The translations under genes were made by a program, and so were the position numbers. 19,886 bases of DNA from a virus. The notes beneath the pieces were generated by a model, which was given only the letters and a program-made list of their open reading frames with translations, made no database searches and was not told the origin of the DNA. Positions 4,621 to 13,077 of this stretch are shown here, one piece after another. The stretch is from the IMG/VR virus record IMGVR_UViG_3300045988_066286; one strand, 5' to 3'. How positions within the stretch are numbered: the stretch's first letter is position 1; the number at the start of each line of letters is the position of its first letter.

Positions 4621-6055
4621 AAGAGTGGGATTGTGGTGCGCGGATAACGTCATGCGCTTCACGGACGGAACCGTCCTGCGTGACATCACCGCACCTAACC
4701 GCCTGTTGGCGTTCATCATGTCGAGTGGCAAACTCACAATTTATGTGGCTGATCCAGACGTTTTAGACCCATTCATGGCTCACGTCGTGCACTCTCTCCC
4801 GCACAACGAGCATAATGCTGATTTGAGCTGGGATGCGATAGTGTCGAAAAAAGGCAAGTTCTTCGGCTTCACGGTGCGTATCGACCGTGATAATTCCGCA
4901 CGTTTCTTCGACATATCGAATCTTTTACGCGAAAACTGCCGTATCACCATGACCGACACACAATTGCTCAACATCCTGAGAGAATACGACAGCCGCGGCT
5001 TGTGCAAAATCACGGCGGGCGGTGCGAGTATGGAGGCGTTCGCGTCCGGCGAGTGGAAATGGTTTTACAACAAATTTCCCCAGCTTGAGGATGAAACTAA
5101 AAAGTCATTGCATGACGCCTATATCGGCGGTTTCATGCTAGCTAAAGAAGGGGCGTATGGCAAGGCTATCGACGTTGACTGCAATTCCATGTATCCATCC
5201 ATACTTCGAGACGAATGGCTGCCGTGGGGTGAACCGGAACCATATGACGGCAAATATGAACAAGATAATGATATGCCATTGCATTGTGACGAAATCACGT
5301 TTCGCGCGGAACTCAAACCGGACGGACTTCCTTTTCTGCTCGATAATAGAAGTGTGTACGGGCTGAATCGACTCACCTCAACACGTGGATACGTCACGCG
5401 CGTACTCACCGACATTGACCAACAATTACTCTACAAAAACTATGACGTGAGCATATACAAGCACGTAAGGGGGTGGAAATTCCGCCGCTCAAAAGGCTTC
5501 TTCCGTTCTTTTATCGACGAATGGGGGGAACTGAAACAGCGGGCGACTGGCGAGAAACGGCAAATGGCGAAACTTATTATGAATGCTCTCGTAGGTAAAA
5601 TGGCGAGCTTGCCAAAAGGCGCCGTCATGCTCCCACTCTCTAAAGACGGTGTTACCTTGGACTGGGATGTCGCGCAACGTGAAGAGTCGAATCTGAAAAC
5701 CGACTATCTTCCCGTTCCCGTGTGGGTCAACGCTTATGCCCGCCGAAAGCTTATGGACGTCTGCCGTGCGAACGCCGACAGACTGTTGTACGCAAATACG
5801 GACGGTTGTATTTTGAGTGGCTGGGAGCCGGTGGAATCATGTGACATCCATCCCACCGAATTAGGCAAGTGGAAGATCGCCGCGAAATACGACCGGCTGA
5901 CCATTCTCGGCATGAACAGGTATCAAGGATGGCGAGATGACGGTGAAGTGGACGTCTGCATGGCTGGAAACATGTTTTCCCAGTCTATCCCCTATGAGGA
6001 GTTTAGGCATGGAACGCAAGCCATGGATGATTACGGCACAATGGTTGTGCTATAA
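4604..6055 (+). CDS. Family-B, protein-primed-type DNA polymerase (483 aa)
   Basis: Motifs present: AYIGGF (YxGG), motif A DVDCNSMYPS, motif B KLIMNALVGKM, motif C YANTDG. LPWGEPEPYDGKY..PLH matches phi29 LPYGEPIVFEGKY..PLH. The start was set at ATG 4604 (GGAG 7 nt upstream) because the ORF-track start 4454 lies inside the upstream gene. Confidence 0.9.
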   Translation: MTMQNKRVGLWCADNVMRFTDGTVLRDITAPNRLLAFIMSSGKLTIYVADPDVLDPFMAHVVHSLPHNEHNADLSWDAIVSKKGKFFGFTVRIDRDNSARFFDISNLLRENCRITMTDTQLLNILREYDSRGLCKITAGGASMEAFASGEWKWFYNKFPQLEDETKKSLHDAYIGGFMLAKEGAYGKAIDVDCNSMYPSILRDEWLPWGEPEPYDGKYEQDNDMPLHCDEITFRAELKPDGLPFLLDNRSVYGLNRLTSTRGYVTRVLTDIDQQLLYKNYDVSIYKHVRGWKFRRSKGFFRSFIDEWGELKQRATGEKRQMAKLIMNALVGKMASLPKGAVMLPLSKDGVTLDWDVAQREESNLKTDYLPVPVWVNAYARRKLMDVCRANADRLLYANTDGCILSGWEPVESCDIHPTELGKWKIAAKYDRLTILGMNRYQGWRDDGEVDVCMAGNMFSQSIPYEEFRHGTQAMDDYGTMVVL

Positions 6056-6056
6056 T
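6048..6056 (+). promoter_or_regulatory. Extended -10 box TGcTATAAT overlapping the polymerase stop codon
   Basis: TG 6048-6049, TATAAT 6051-6056, weak -35. It would start transcription near 6063. Confidence 0.45.
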
Positions 6057-6062
6057 ATCCAT

Positions 6063-6232
6063 GTCTTCTTGAGCATTGATCTTCGACTGGGAGCAACATG
6101 AGTCGGACCGCTACGGCTGAGAATGCCGCCGACCATGGAGTCGCTACCGTGGCGGTAGTGCCCTACGATTTTCGACTTGATGCTCGCATAGGACAGTTAG
6201 GCCCCGCGTGATTGCGGGGCCATTTTATTTTC
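6063..6232 (+). ncRNA. Candidate structured RNA of about 170 nt, possibly a phi29-type prohead/packaging RNA (pRNA)
   Basis: It is bracketed by a promoter box (6048-6056) and an intrinsic terminator (6200-6234). The 5' and 3' portions pair: 6071-6079/6177-6185, 6083-6086/6172-6175 and 6089-6091/6161-6163. This closes a junction carrying two hairpins, 6097-6137 (with a 7-nt bulge) and 6142-6160. The alternative reading is a 37-codon ORF at 6098..6211. Confidence 0.4.
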
Positions 6233-6234
6233 TT
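6200..6234 (+). terminator. Rho-independent terminator
   Basis: The stem GGCCCCGC/GCGGGGCC (6200-6207/6214-6221) has loop GTGATT and is followed by ATTTTATTTTCTT. Confidence 0.85.
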
Positions 6235-6240
6235 GCGGCA

Positions 6241-6249
6241 TGATATAAT
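6241..6249 (+). promoter_or_regulatory. Extended -10 promoter TGaTATAAT for the morphogenesis (late) operon
   Basis: It lies directly after the terminator and about 37 nt upstream of the scaffold gene ATG. There is no good -35. Confidence 0.55.
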
Positions 6250-6285
6250 TTTAATGGAAACATTGCCTGCCGGAAGGAGTTTTAC

Positions 6286-6570
6286 ATGGCAGACCCAAAT
6301 ACCGACGGAGAGGAAACCACCACTCCGCCGCCGACCGAAGAGGAACAGCAGACGGAAACCGTGGATGACGAGGTTAAGCCGAAAGAACCGGAACCGGAAC
6401 CGGAACCGAAGCAGGAGCCGGACGTAAGTGCGCGCCTTGACAGCATCGAAAAGGAAGTGGCCGCACTCAAGGCCATGATGGACACGCTCGGCTACACCGA
6501 ACCGGCACCGTCCGACAATGACGGTGACAACGACAATGATGGCGAGTCCATCGAAGATCTGTTTGACTAA
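6286..6570 (+). CDS. Scaffolding protein (94 aa, very acidic, helical C-terminal part)
   Basis: AAGGAG lies 6 nt upstream. The protein is D/E/P-rich and sits immediately upstream of the capsid gene, as phi29 gp7 does. Confidence 0.7.
   Translation: MADPNTDGEETTTPPPTEEEQQTETVDDEVKPKEPEPEPEPKQEPDVSARLDSIEKEVAALKAMMDTLGYTEPAPSDNDGDNDNDGESIEDLFD
6385..6408 (+). repeat. (GAACCG)x4 hexanucleotide tandem repeat encoding (EP)4
   Basis: Four perfect units are read directly within the scaffold gene. Confidence 0.95.
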
Positions 6571-6586
6571 AAGAAAGGTATAAACA

Positions 6587-8308
6587 ATGTCCAATATTCG
6601 ACCACTTGCAGGCAAAGGTGACGTTGAGATTTTCAACGCCGTCCGCAATGCCACTTCACCGCAGTTCCAGACTCGTATTCCGTCCGCAACGCAGGGCAAT
6701 ATCCGCAACGCGGTGGACACCATGCGCAACTTCCCTTACCTTCGCGACGAATTTACTGGGGTATTGATTCAGCGCTTGATCGGCCTTTACATACAGCACG
6801 CGGATTGGGATGACCCGCTCAAGCTGATCGGCTCACCCCGCACCCTCAAGCGCTACGGCAGCACCTACGAGCAGGCCGCAGTGGGTCTCGTCAAGGCACG
6901 TACTCGCAATTTCAACAAGGAATACCTTGGCGATGATGTTTACGGGCGTTACTCGCTTCCGACTGCAAGCGTTTTCCACCCCCTTACTTTCGATCATTAT
7001 TACCCCGTCACCATTCCGGAAGACGCGCTACTGACCGCGTTCGATGGCGAGTCGGGTATGTCGGATTACATTGCTGAGATTATGAACGCGCCTATCCTCT
7101 CGGATAGAAACGATATGTACCTGATGAAGGTGCAGACCTTCGCGGAATACGCACGCAAGGGTGGCTTCTATCGAGTGCATACCAAGGACGTCGGCGCACC
7201 TGACTCCACCGAAGCGGACGCCAAGAATCTGCTTCGCCTTATCCAGCAGACGGCAAACGAACTCAAGGCGTCGCCAATGAGCGCCATGCCGCGATATAAT
7301 GCAATGTCTTGGGTGACCCCGTGGCGCGATTCGGAAGCAATCCTCTTCGCTACGCCGCAGGTTATCGCCGCACTCAACGTCGAAGCATTGGCCGCCGCAT
7401 TTAACATCGATAAGGTCAACGTGCCGTATCGCATCATTCCGATTCCGGAGGACATGTTCGGCATCGGCGGTGCGGCCGGTAAGGTGCAGGCCGTCCTGAC
7501 CACGGAAGACTTCTTCTTCTGCTGGGACGAAATGTTGGAAACCACAAACTCGCCGGTCAATCCGATTGACGGCACGCGAAACATCTTCTACAAGCATAGG
7601 GGGTCTATCACCCCTAATCCGTTCGCAAACGCCGTACTGTTCTGGACCGGCGAAGGCTCCAACGAGTCCGTGACTCTGCCGGACACACTCACCACATCGA
7701 AGCCCGAGTTTACCTTGCGCGTGCGCAAGTATGGACAGCCCGCCATCACCCCCGAAAATGTTTCTCGCGGCGACCTCGTGCAGGTTGAGTCCGTCATTAC
7801 CAGCGCCAACAAGGATACGGCATCGTTCCAGCCGATTGGCATTGCATACGCCGTCGAGGGCGCGTCTTCGCAGTTCACAACCATCGACAACGGGGGTATT
7901 TTGCGTTGTGGTCTCGACGAGACCGCCGAAGCGCTCAAGGTCACGGCACAGGCCACTTATATTGACCCCGCCCACCCTGAGATCGACCAGACGGTTTCCG
8001 CCGCACTGTCCGTGCCGGTGGTTGGCACTTGGCTTGGCGGCTGGAAGGTTGGCGCCATCGAGTCAATTGAGATTCAAGGCGAAAAGACAGTCAAAGTGAA
8101 AGACCATGTCGCGCTTAAAGCGATCGCCACCAAGACGGACGGCAACAAGGCCGACGTGACCAACCTCGTACTGTGGACTGTGGACGCTAACGCGACCATC
8201 ACCCCTAACGGTGTACTGACCGGAACCACAGCGGGCGCCGCCAACGTTTCCGTGAAGTTCGCGGGAGCTACCGGAACGGCAAAAGTCACCGTCACCGCCG
8301 CCGCCTGA
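6587..8308 (+). CDS. Major capsid protein with C-terminal Ig-like (BIG2) domain(s), phi29 gp8-like
   Basis: DVEIFNAVRNATSPQFQTRIPSAT resembles phi29 gp8 [24 protein letters not shown]. The C-terminal ...LWTVDANATITPNGVLTGTTAGAANVSVKFAGATGTAKVTV is a typical BIG2 signature. Confidence 0.9.
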   Translation: MSNIRPLAGKGDVEIFNAVRNATSPQFQTRIPSATQGNIRNAVDTMRNFPYLRDEFTGVLIQRLIGLYIQHADWDDPLKLIGSPRTLKRYGSTYEQAAVGLVKARTRNFNKEYLGDDVYGRYSLPTASVFHPLTFDHYYPVTIPEDALLTAFDGESGMSDYIAEIMNAPILSDRNDMYLMKVQTFAEYARKGGFYRVHTKDVGAPDSTEADAKNLLRLIQQTANELKASPMSAMPRYNAMSWVTPWRDSEAILFATPQVIAALNVEALAAAFNIDKVNVPYRIIPIPEDMFGIGGAAGKVQAVLTTEDFFFCWDEMLETTNSPVNPIDGTRNIFYKHRGSITPNPFANAVLFWTGEGSNESVTLPDTLTTSKPEFTLRVRKYGQPAITPENVSRGDLVQVESVITSANKDTASFQPIGIAYAVEGASSQFTTIDNGGILRCGLDETAEALKVTAQATYIDPAHPEIDQTVSAALSVPVVGTWLGGWKVGAIESIEIQGEKTVKVKDHVALKAIATKTDGNKADVTNLVLWTVDANATITPNGVLTGTTAGAANVSVKFAGATGTAKVTVTAAA

Positions 8309-8328
8309 CAATAGACGTCGGCTAGTAA

Positions 8329-8366
8329 AATAGGTGCGAGAAGACAATTCTCGCACCTATTGTTTT
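8329..8366 (+). terminator. Rho-independent terminator/attenuator after the capsid gene
   Basis: A perfect 14-bp stem (8329-8342/8348-8361) with loop GACAA is followed by GTTTT. Confidence 0.8.
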
Positions 8367-8377
8367 AGGAGGACTTT

Positions 8378-10618
8378 ATGAGCGCAAATGATTTGCCCAT
8401 CAACTTTTCGTACGCGAAATGGACGCCGAACACAAAGTTTAAACTTTGCAATGTCCCGTGGGATATGGGCTACAGGGATATTGTGAAATGGGATAGGCAA
8501 GCCCAGAAAGAGTATTTCGACGGTTTGGATGGCATCGGGTTTACGGATTGCACGATGGCGAAATACGGACTTCCGGTGCGACTGCCGGTGCCGTTTGCTC
8601 AAGCGTCACGATACAATTATTTGATCGCAACTAACGATTATGACTTCGATACCCCCCGTAGTTGGTATTATTTTATCCAGACGTGCGATTACGTCAACGC
8701 CCACACGACGCAGCTGAACATCCAGCTTGACGTGTGGCAGAGCTTCCAGCATGACATCCAGCTTGGTAACGCGTACGTGGAAAGGGGGCATGTCGGCATT
8801 GCGAACGAGAACGCTTGGAAAGACTACGGCAAAACGTATCTTGACCTGCCGGAGGGTCTTGACACCGGCAAATGCACCGTGCTCACCAACGAAGCTTGGA
8901 AACCACTTATGGATGTCGGCGCGCATGACGGAGTGAAATACATATCGTACGGGTTGATTATTGTCAGCACAACCGACCTTGAAGCGGACACCGGCACCAA
9001 GGATAATCCAGTGGTCAACACGGCAACAGGCAGTGCGTTCGAGAACCAACTCAACGGCACCAGCATGTACTATTTGGATACTCCGGCCGATATTGTCACA
9101 TTTTTTACCGAGGGCATGAACGCGCCGTGGGTCACTCAGGGTATCTGTGGTATCTACGCCGTACCACATCTGCCGCAAGCGTTATTGGACGGCCAGCCGA
9201 AAAAAACGGAACTTTTCGGGCATTCAGTCGGTTTTATTGGAAACTGTTGGGAACTGCGCAAAGCTAAAAGCGATTCCAGCGCACGCTACGCGGATATTAT
9301 CAACCTCAAAAACTTCCGCGACACTTTCCAGCTGCCGGAACGCTATAAGTATCTGAAAAAGTTCTTGACAGCCCCTTACGCGTATATCGAATGCAGTTGC
9401 TTGAACGGCACCGTAATCACGTATGAACCTGAACAAATACCAAGTGCTGACCTGATTATCCGAGAATCGTGGAATTACGCGCCACCATCCCCCCGCCTGA
9501 ATTTCTACGCGCGCGGATATCATGCTGGAAACCTTGGCGAACGGCAACCATTGACGGACGGTAAAGGATTGCCTATCGATACGGGCGACATGCTCAACGC
9601 ATCATTTGGTATCACCAATTTCCCAACATTTATGGCGGTGAACAATGGTAGTGCGCTCTCGCTTGCAAACAGCGCGTACACGCGTCAATACGCCCAGCAA
9701 AGCGCGGATTGGTCATACCAGAAAACGCAGATGGGTATCAACAACGCTTACGCTCAAGCGCAACTTGGTACTCAGTATGCGAGTGCGCAAAACCAGCTTG
9801 GCACCAGCAACCGTAACGCAATGATGTCTATCAACAATCAAGCAGCGCAGATGTCGGCCGATCTGACATTGAAAAATCTGAGTTTCGGCAACCGTATGAA
9901 CCAGCTCAATACCATTGGGTCTGGTGTGGCGAACGCGGTTGGTTCCGCCGTTGCCGGTAACGTTGGTGGCGTGGTTGGCGCAGTGGCGGGCACGGCTATA
10001 GGCGCGGTGGCGAACCAGATGTCGTACAACAATGCCGTAGACTCTAACAGTCAGCAATTGTCGAACACGTTGGCAACGAACGGCGCAACCACCTCACAGA
10101 GCAATGCCTACAGTCTCGCGCAAACAAACCTCAGCAATCAGCAGACTATGCAGTTTGCGGATATGAACAGGCAACTTGCACAGGCGACGGCGCAAGGCGA
10201 TTATGAAAACACGATTGCGGGCATTAACGCCCAAGTGCAGCAGACGCAAACGGTACCCCCTACCACGTCTGGCGCGCTGGGCGGCGACGCCTTCAACCTC
10301 GCCAACGGCCTGATCGGTGTGATGGTGCGCTTCCGGCAGATACCGCCAGCAGCCATGCACTCCATTGGTGAGGTATGGTTGCGATATGGTTATTACGTCC
10401 AGAGGTTTATGCGGTTGCCGGAAAATCTTATGGCCATGAGTAATTTTACCTACTGGAAACTCCATGAGTTGTACGTGCGTTCGAGCACGTGCCCCGAAGA
10501 ATACCGGCTTACGGTTAAGGGTATTTTTGAGTCGGGCGTGACGGTATGGACTGACCCCGATAAAATCGGTGTCACTGATTATGCGGACAACGTGCCGCTC
10601 AGTGGTATCGCGTACTGA
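8378..10618 (+). CDS. Tail knob / distal tube protein, phi29 gp9-like (746 aa)
   Basis: NYLIATNDYDFDTPRSWYYFIQTCDYV..QLDVWQSF resembles gp9 YIMFQNADYGNKWFYAFVTELEF..EIDVLQTW. There is an internal Gly/Ala-rich hydrophobic loop. The C-terminal GVTVWTD matches GITLWHTD. Confidence 0.85.
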   Translation: MSANDLPINFSYAKWTPNTKFKLCNVPWDMGYRDIVKWDRQAQKEYFDGLDGIGFTDCTMAKYGLPVRLPVPFAQASRYNYLIATNDYDFDTPRSWYYFIQTCDYVNAHTTQLNIQLDVWQSFQHDIQLGNAYVERGHVGIANENAWKDYGKTYLDLPEGLDTGKCTVLTNEAWKPLMDVGAHDGVKYISYGLIIVSTTDLEADTGTKDNPVVNTATGSAFENQLNGTSMYYLDTPADIVTFFTEGMNAPWVTQGICGIYAVPHLPQALLDGQPKKTELFGHSVGFIGNCWELRKAKSDSSARYADIINLKNFRDTFQLPERYKYLKKFLTAPYAYIECSCLNGTVITYEPEQIPSADLIIRESWNYAPPSPRLNFYARGYHAGNLGERQPLTDGKGLPIDTGDMLNASFGITNFPTFMAVNNGSALSLANSAYTRQYAQQSADWSYQKTQMGINNAYAQAQLGTQYASAQNQLGTSNRNAMMSINNQAAQMSADLTLKNLSFGNRMNQLNTIGSGVANAVGSAVAGNVGGVVGAVAGTAIGAVANQMSYNNAVDSNSQQLSNTLATNGATTSQSNAYSLAQTNLSNQQTMQFADMNRQLAQATAQGDYENTIAGINAQVQQTQTVPPTTSGALGGDAFNLANGLIGVMVRFRQIPPAAMHSIGEVWLRYGYYVQRFMRLPENLMAMSNFTYWKLHELYVRSSTCPEEYRLTVKGIFESGVTVWTDPDKIGVTDYADNVPLSGIAY

Positions 10619-10626
10619 CATATATA

Positions 10627-10660
10627 ATGGAGAGAGTTATGCAACTCTCTCCATTATTAT
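10627..10660 (+). terminator. Perfect 12-bp hairpin (ATGGAGAGAGTT/AACTCTCTCCAT) + TATTATT: attenuator or terminator between tail knob and portal genes
   Basis: Stem 10627-10638/10643-10654, loop ATGC. The tail is A/T-rich rather than a pure T-tract. Confidence 0.5.
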
Positions 10661-10674
10661 TAAGGACGGTGACT

Positions 10675-11616
10675 ATGAGCAAGCGCAATAACGCGCGTAA
10701 GGCAGCGCATTGGGATAACCAGAGCGTGCTTGGCTCAATGTGGGGCAATCTGAATCTGCCTGAAATGCGGCAGTCGCTGCGCATCAATCAGTATATGAAG
10801 CTGATTGAAATGTTGGCGGTGTCGCGTTTCAAATGGATTAACCTGCCCCCCTATATCGATGAAAGATATTTGGAACTAACCCTATTCGAGAATGGCTTGG
10901 CCCTCTTCTTCCCCGACGAGCGTAAGGGAGTACGCCGTTTTATGGTCACGTCGGGCAATATCGGCGGAGTCAACAACTACAATAATCCAACATCATTCCA
11001 GCCGGTAGCCACGAATTACTCTCACCCGCAAATCGGCTCAAAAAAATGTGTTCCTGTTTGGGACAATCAGCTGCGTTGCACCATGATTGATGTCATGTGG
11101 AACTATGCCACGCGATTGGCGATCGCTGACCGCGCGCTGGACGTGAACTTGGACAATATCAGTGTTCCGTTGATTATCGCCACGTCCGAAACCAACAAAC
11201 TCACCGCACAGAATCTTATTAAGGCGCGAGAAGACGGAGACCCCTATATCTACGCGTATGACAGCGCGGATATCACCGGAATGTTTCAAACCTTTCCAAA
11301 CATGACGCCCTTTATGGCGGATAAAATCATTACGACGAAAACGCAAATCTGGAACGAGCTTGTAAACTACCTCGGCATCGACAACAGCACGACCGAAAAG
11401 AAAGAACGTCTGCTCGAATCGGAAGTGACGGCTGGGAACAGTCGTACGAACGTGTTCCGCCTGAGCTATCTTAAGGCGCGTCAACAGGCGTGCGATACGA
11501 TTAACCGGTTGTGGCCGCAAATGGCGGACTTAGGCAAACCAATAAGCATCGAATGGAACGACACCACTTCTGGCGGTTTGCTGGACGTTGACGGAAACAA
11601 GGAGGAAGAAAACTAA
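10675..11616 (+). CDS. Portal (head-tail connector / upper collar), phi29 gp10-like (313 aa)
   Basis: FKWINLPPYIDERYLELTLFENG matches gp10 [23 protein letters not shown], and KKERLLESEV matches KKERMVTDEV. The N-terminus MSKRNNARK is basic. The start was set at ATG 10675 (AAGGA 8 nt upstream), because the ORF-track start 10627 lies within the hairpin. Confidence 0.9.
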   Translation: MSKRNNARKAAHWDNQSVLGSMWGNLNLPEMRQSLRINQYMKLIEMLAVSRFKWINLPPYIDERYLELTLFENGLALFFPDERKGVRRFMVTSGNIGGVNNYNNPTSFQPVATNYSHPQIGSKKCVPVWDNQLRCTMIDVMWNYATRLAIADRALDVNLDNISVPLIIATSETNKLTAQNLIKAREDGDPYIYAYDSADITGMFQTFPNMTPFMADKIITTKTQIWNELVNYLGIDNSTTEKKERLLESEVTAGNSRTNVFRLSYLKARQQACDTINRLWPQMADLGKPISIEWNDTTSGGLLDVDGNKEEEN

Positions 11617-12428
11617 TGGTACAGGACTTAAGCGTGTACGCTGTCAAGGACGGTATGGCGGATTATACGTTGACCCTTGGTAATCTGATTGCGCGCGGTT
11701 TTAATACGGACGAAAAACTGCATTTAAGCTCGCAATATTACCCGATTTTCGACGAAAAATATAGGGCGAAATTGAACGAGAAAATCGTGGCACACTACGC
11801 ACTACGCGAAATCGGTTCGGAAACGCCGCAAATGTTCGTGTTTTATTTGGGGCGTACCATGCGGGAGCAGATGGACTATTTCAATCAACTGTATTTGTCC
11901 GCTCAACATAAGTTTGACCCATTTATCACTTCCGATATCAAGCAAACTATGGACTCGACCAGCACGAACGAGTCTAGCGGAAAATCGAGCGGCACACAGT
12001 CGAACGAGTCTACGGCGAACAGCACGTCCGACACCACCGCCGACAATTCGTCAATGACTTTTAACTCGGAGTTTCCGCAGACACGTATTGACGATTTCAA
12101 ACAATTTGCCACCAGCGCTTCGCAGACCGACTCGACCGGCAACACGCATACGAGCACACGGCAGGACAGCAGCACCACCGCGTCCAGCACCAGCAACACC
12201 GATTTTTCGCATTCGTCCGACAAAGGCAACAGTATGTCGCATACGCTCGGCACCAGCGGTTCGCAATCCCAATTATTGCAGGATTGGCGTAACACCATGC
12301 TCAACATCGACATGATGGTTATAAACTCACTCGAAGATCTATTTTTAGGAATGTGGGGCAGTGGCGACAACATGACCAACGTCCCGCAGCTTTACAGTAC
12401 GAGTCTCGCTTATAACCTCGGCCATTAG
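11616..12428 (+). CDS. Lower collar / tail tube adaptor (gp11-position), 270 aa
   Basis: The TAATG overlap with the portal gene and GGAGGA upstream support the start. Synteny matches phi29 gp11. There is a long S/T-rich central segment. Confidence 0.55.
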   Translation: MVQDLSVYAVKDGMADYTLTLGNLIARGFNTDEKLHLSSQYYPIFDEKYRAKLNEKIVAHYALREIGSETPQMFVFYLGRTMREQMDYFNQLYLSAQHKFDPFITSDIKQTMDSTSTNESSGKSSGTQSNESTANSTSDTTADNSSMTFNSEFPQTRIDDFKQFATSASQTDSTGNTHTSTRQDSSTTASSTSNTDFSHSSDKGNSMSHTLGTSGSQSQLLQDWRNTMLNIDMMVINSLEDLFLGMWGSGDNMTNVPQLYSTSLAYNLGH

Positions 12429-12459
12429 AGTATACTTGACATTGACAGATTGGAGGATT

Positions 12460-13059
12460 ATGAACGGAGTAAACCTATGCGCCGCGCCGCTTGACATTGA
12501 CCCGCGGCAGCGCTATTTCACAACGGTTCAGCCTTTTTCGTACCGCGACACGTTGACCGTGCTCGGTTACGTGCAGGAGGTGGCCGAACATGTGGACGAA
12601 TTGCGCGAGCAGCTTGACAATCTCGCCAAGGACGAGAACGCGGACGTCGAAGCCATCAAACAGCTGATAGCCGGTTTTAACGAACAGTTCGAGCGCATTA
12701 ACAAAACCTTGGATGATTTGGAAAAACAAGTCGGGCAATACGAAGACTCTGACTTAACCTATAATCCGACTCGCGGCAAATATGAAGACTCGAAAAACAC
12801 GAACCGTGACATGTACCGTGAATTGGCCGTGTTCGGCGCGCGCGTCAACCAAATGGCACAACTATCCACGCCAATGGCCGCCGCGCACACATGCCTTGAG
12901 TTCGCGGTGCTTGGCAACAAAACCATTTTTCACAACAACGAGCCACGTATCACGCCACGCGACATACACGTGGATGACGGTGAACCCGTCAGCCCGCTAT
13001 CGGTTGAAAATCTCGCCAATGGCGTCGTGGTCAATAATTTCATGAAAATCGCAAAATAA
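12460..13059 (+). CDS. Structural protein with central coiled coil (199 aa), function unknown
   Basis: GGAGG lies just upstream of ATG 12460, whereas the ORF-track TTG start at 12436 has no SD. It sits within the tail gene block. Confidence 0.6.
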   Translation: MNGVNLCAAPLDIDPRQRYFTTVQPFSYRDTLTVLGYVQEVAEHVDELREQLDNLAKDENADVEAIKQLIAGFNEQFERINKTLDDLEKQVGQYEDSDLTYNPTRGKYEDSKNTNRDMYRELAVFGARVNQMAQLSTPMAAAHTCLEFAVLGNKTIFHNNEPRITPRDIHVDDGEPVSPLSVENLANGVVVNNFMKIAK

Positions 13060-13077
13060 TAGGAAGGATTACGACAA

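Noticed and set aside
6098-6211. 37-codon ORF (MSRTATAENAADHGVATVAVVPYDFRLDARIGQLGPA) inside the RNA candidate.
   Set aside because: I have not fully excluded it. Its SD-like GGGAG is only 4 nt from the ATG, it runs into the terminator stem, and the region has extensive secondary structure with its own promoter box. I rank the RNA interpretation higher, but this ORF is the main alternative.
7028-7975. 315-aa antisense ORF inside the capsid gene, and similar long minus-strand ORFs at 6163..6729, 8606..9178, 13694..14443 and 15065..15562.
   Set aside because: They lie opposite genes with clear homology. Their R/G/V-rich compositions are typical of antisense frames in moderately GC-rich coding DNA, and they lack SD or promoter context.
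10620-10628. TATAAT at 10623-10628 as a promoter for the portal gene.
   Set aside because: It has no TG extension or -35. Half of the hexamer sits in the 5' arm of the 12-bp hairpin, so it is more likely part of the terminator/attenuator context.
12436-12447. Tandem TTGACATTGACA (-35-like boxes) and the TTG start proposed by the ORF track at 12436.
   Set aside because: The only -10-like hexamer at proper spacing (TATGAA, 12459-12464) overlaps the ATG of the downstream gene. There is no SD before the TTG. The start was reassigned to ATG 12460.
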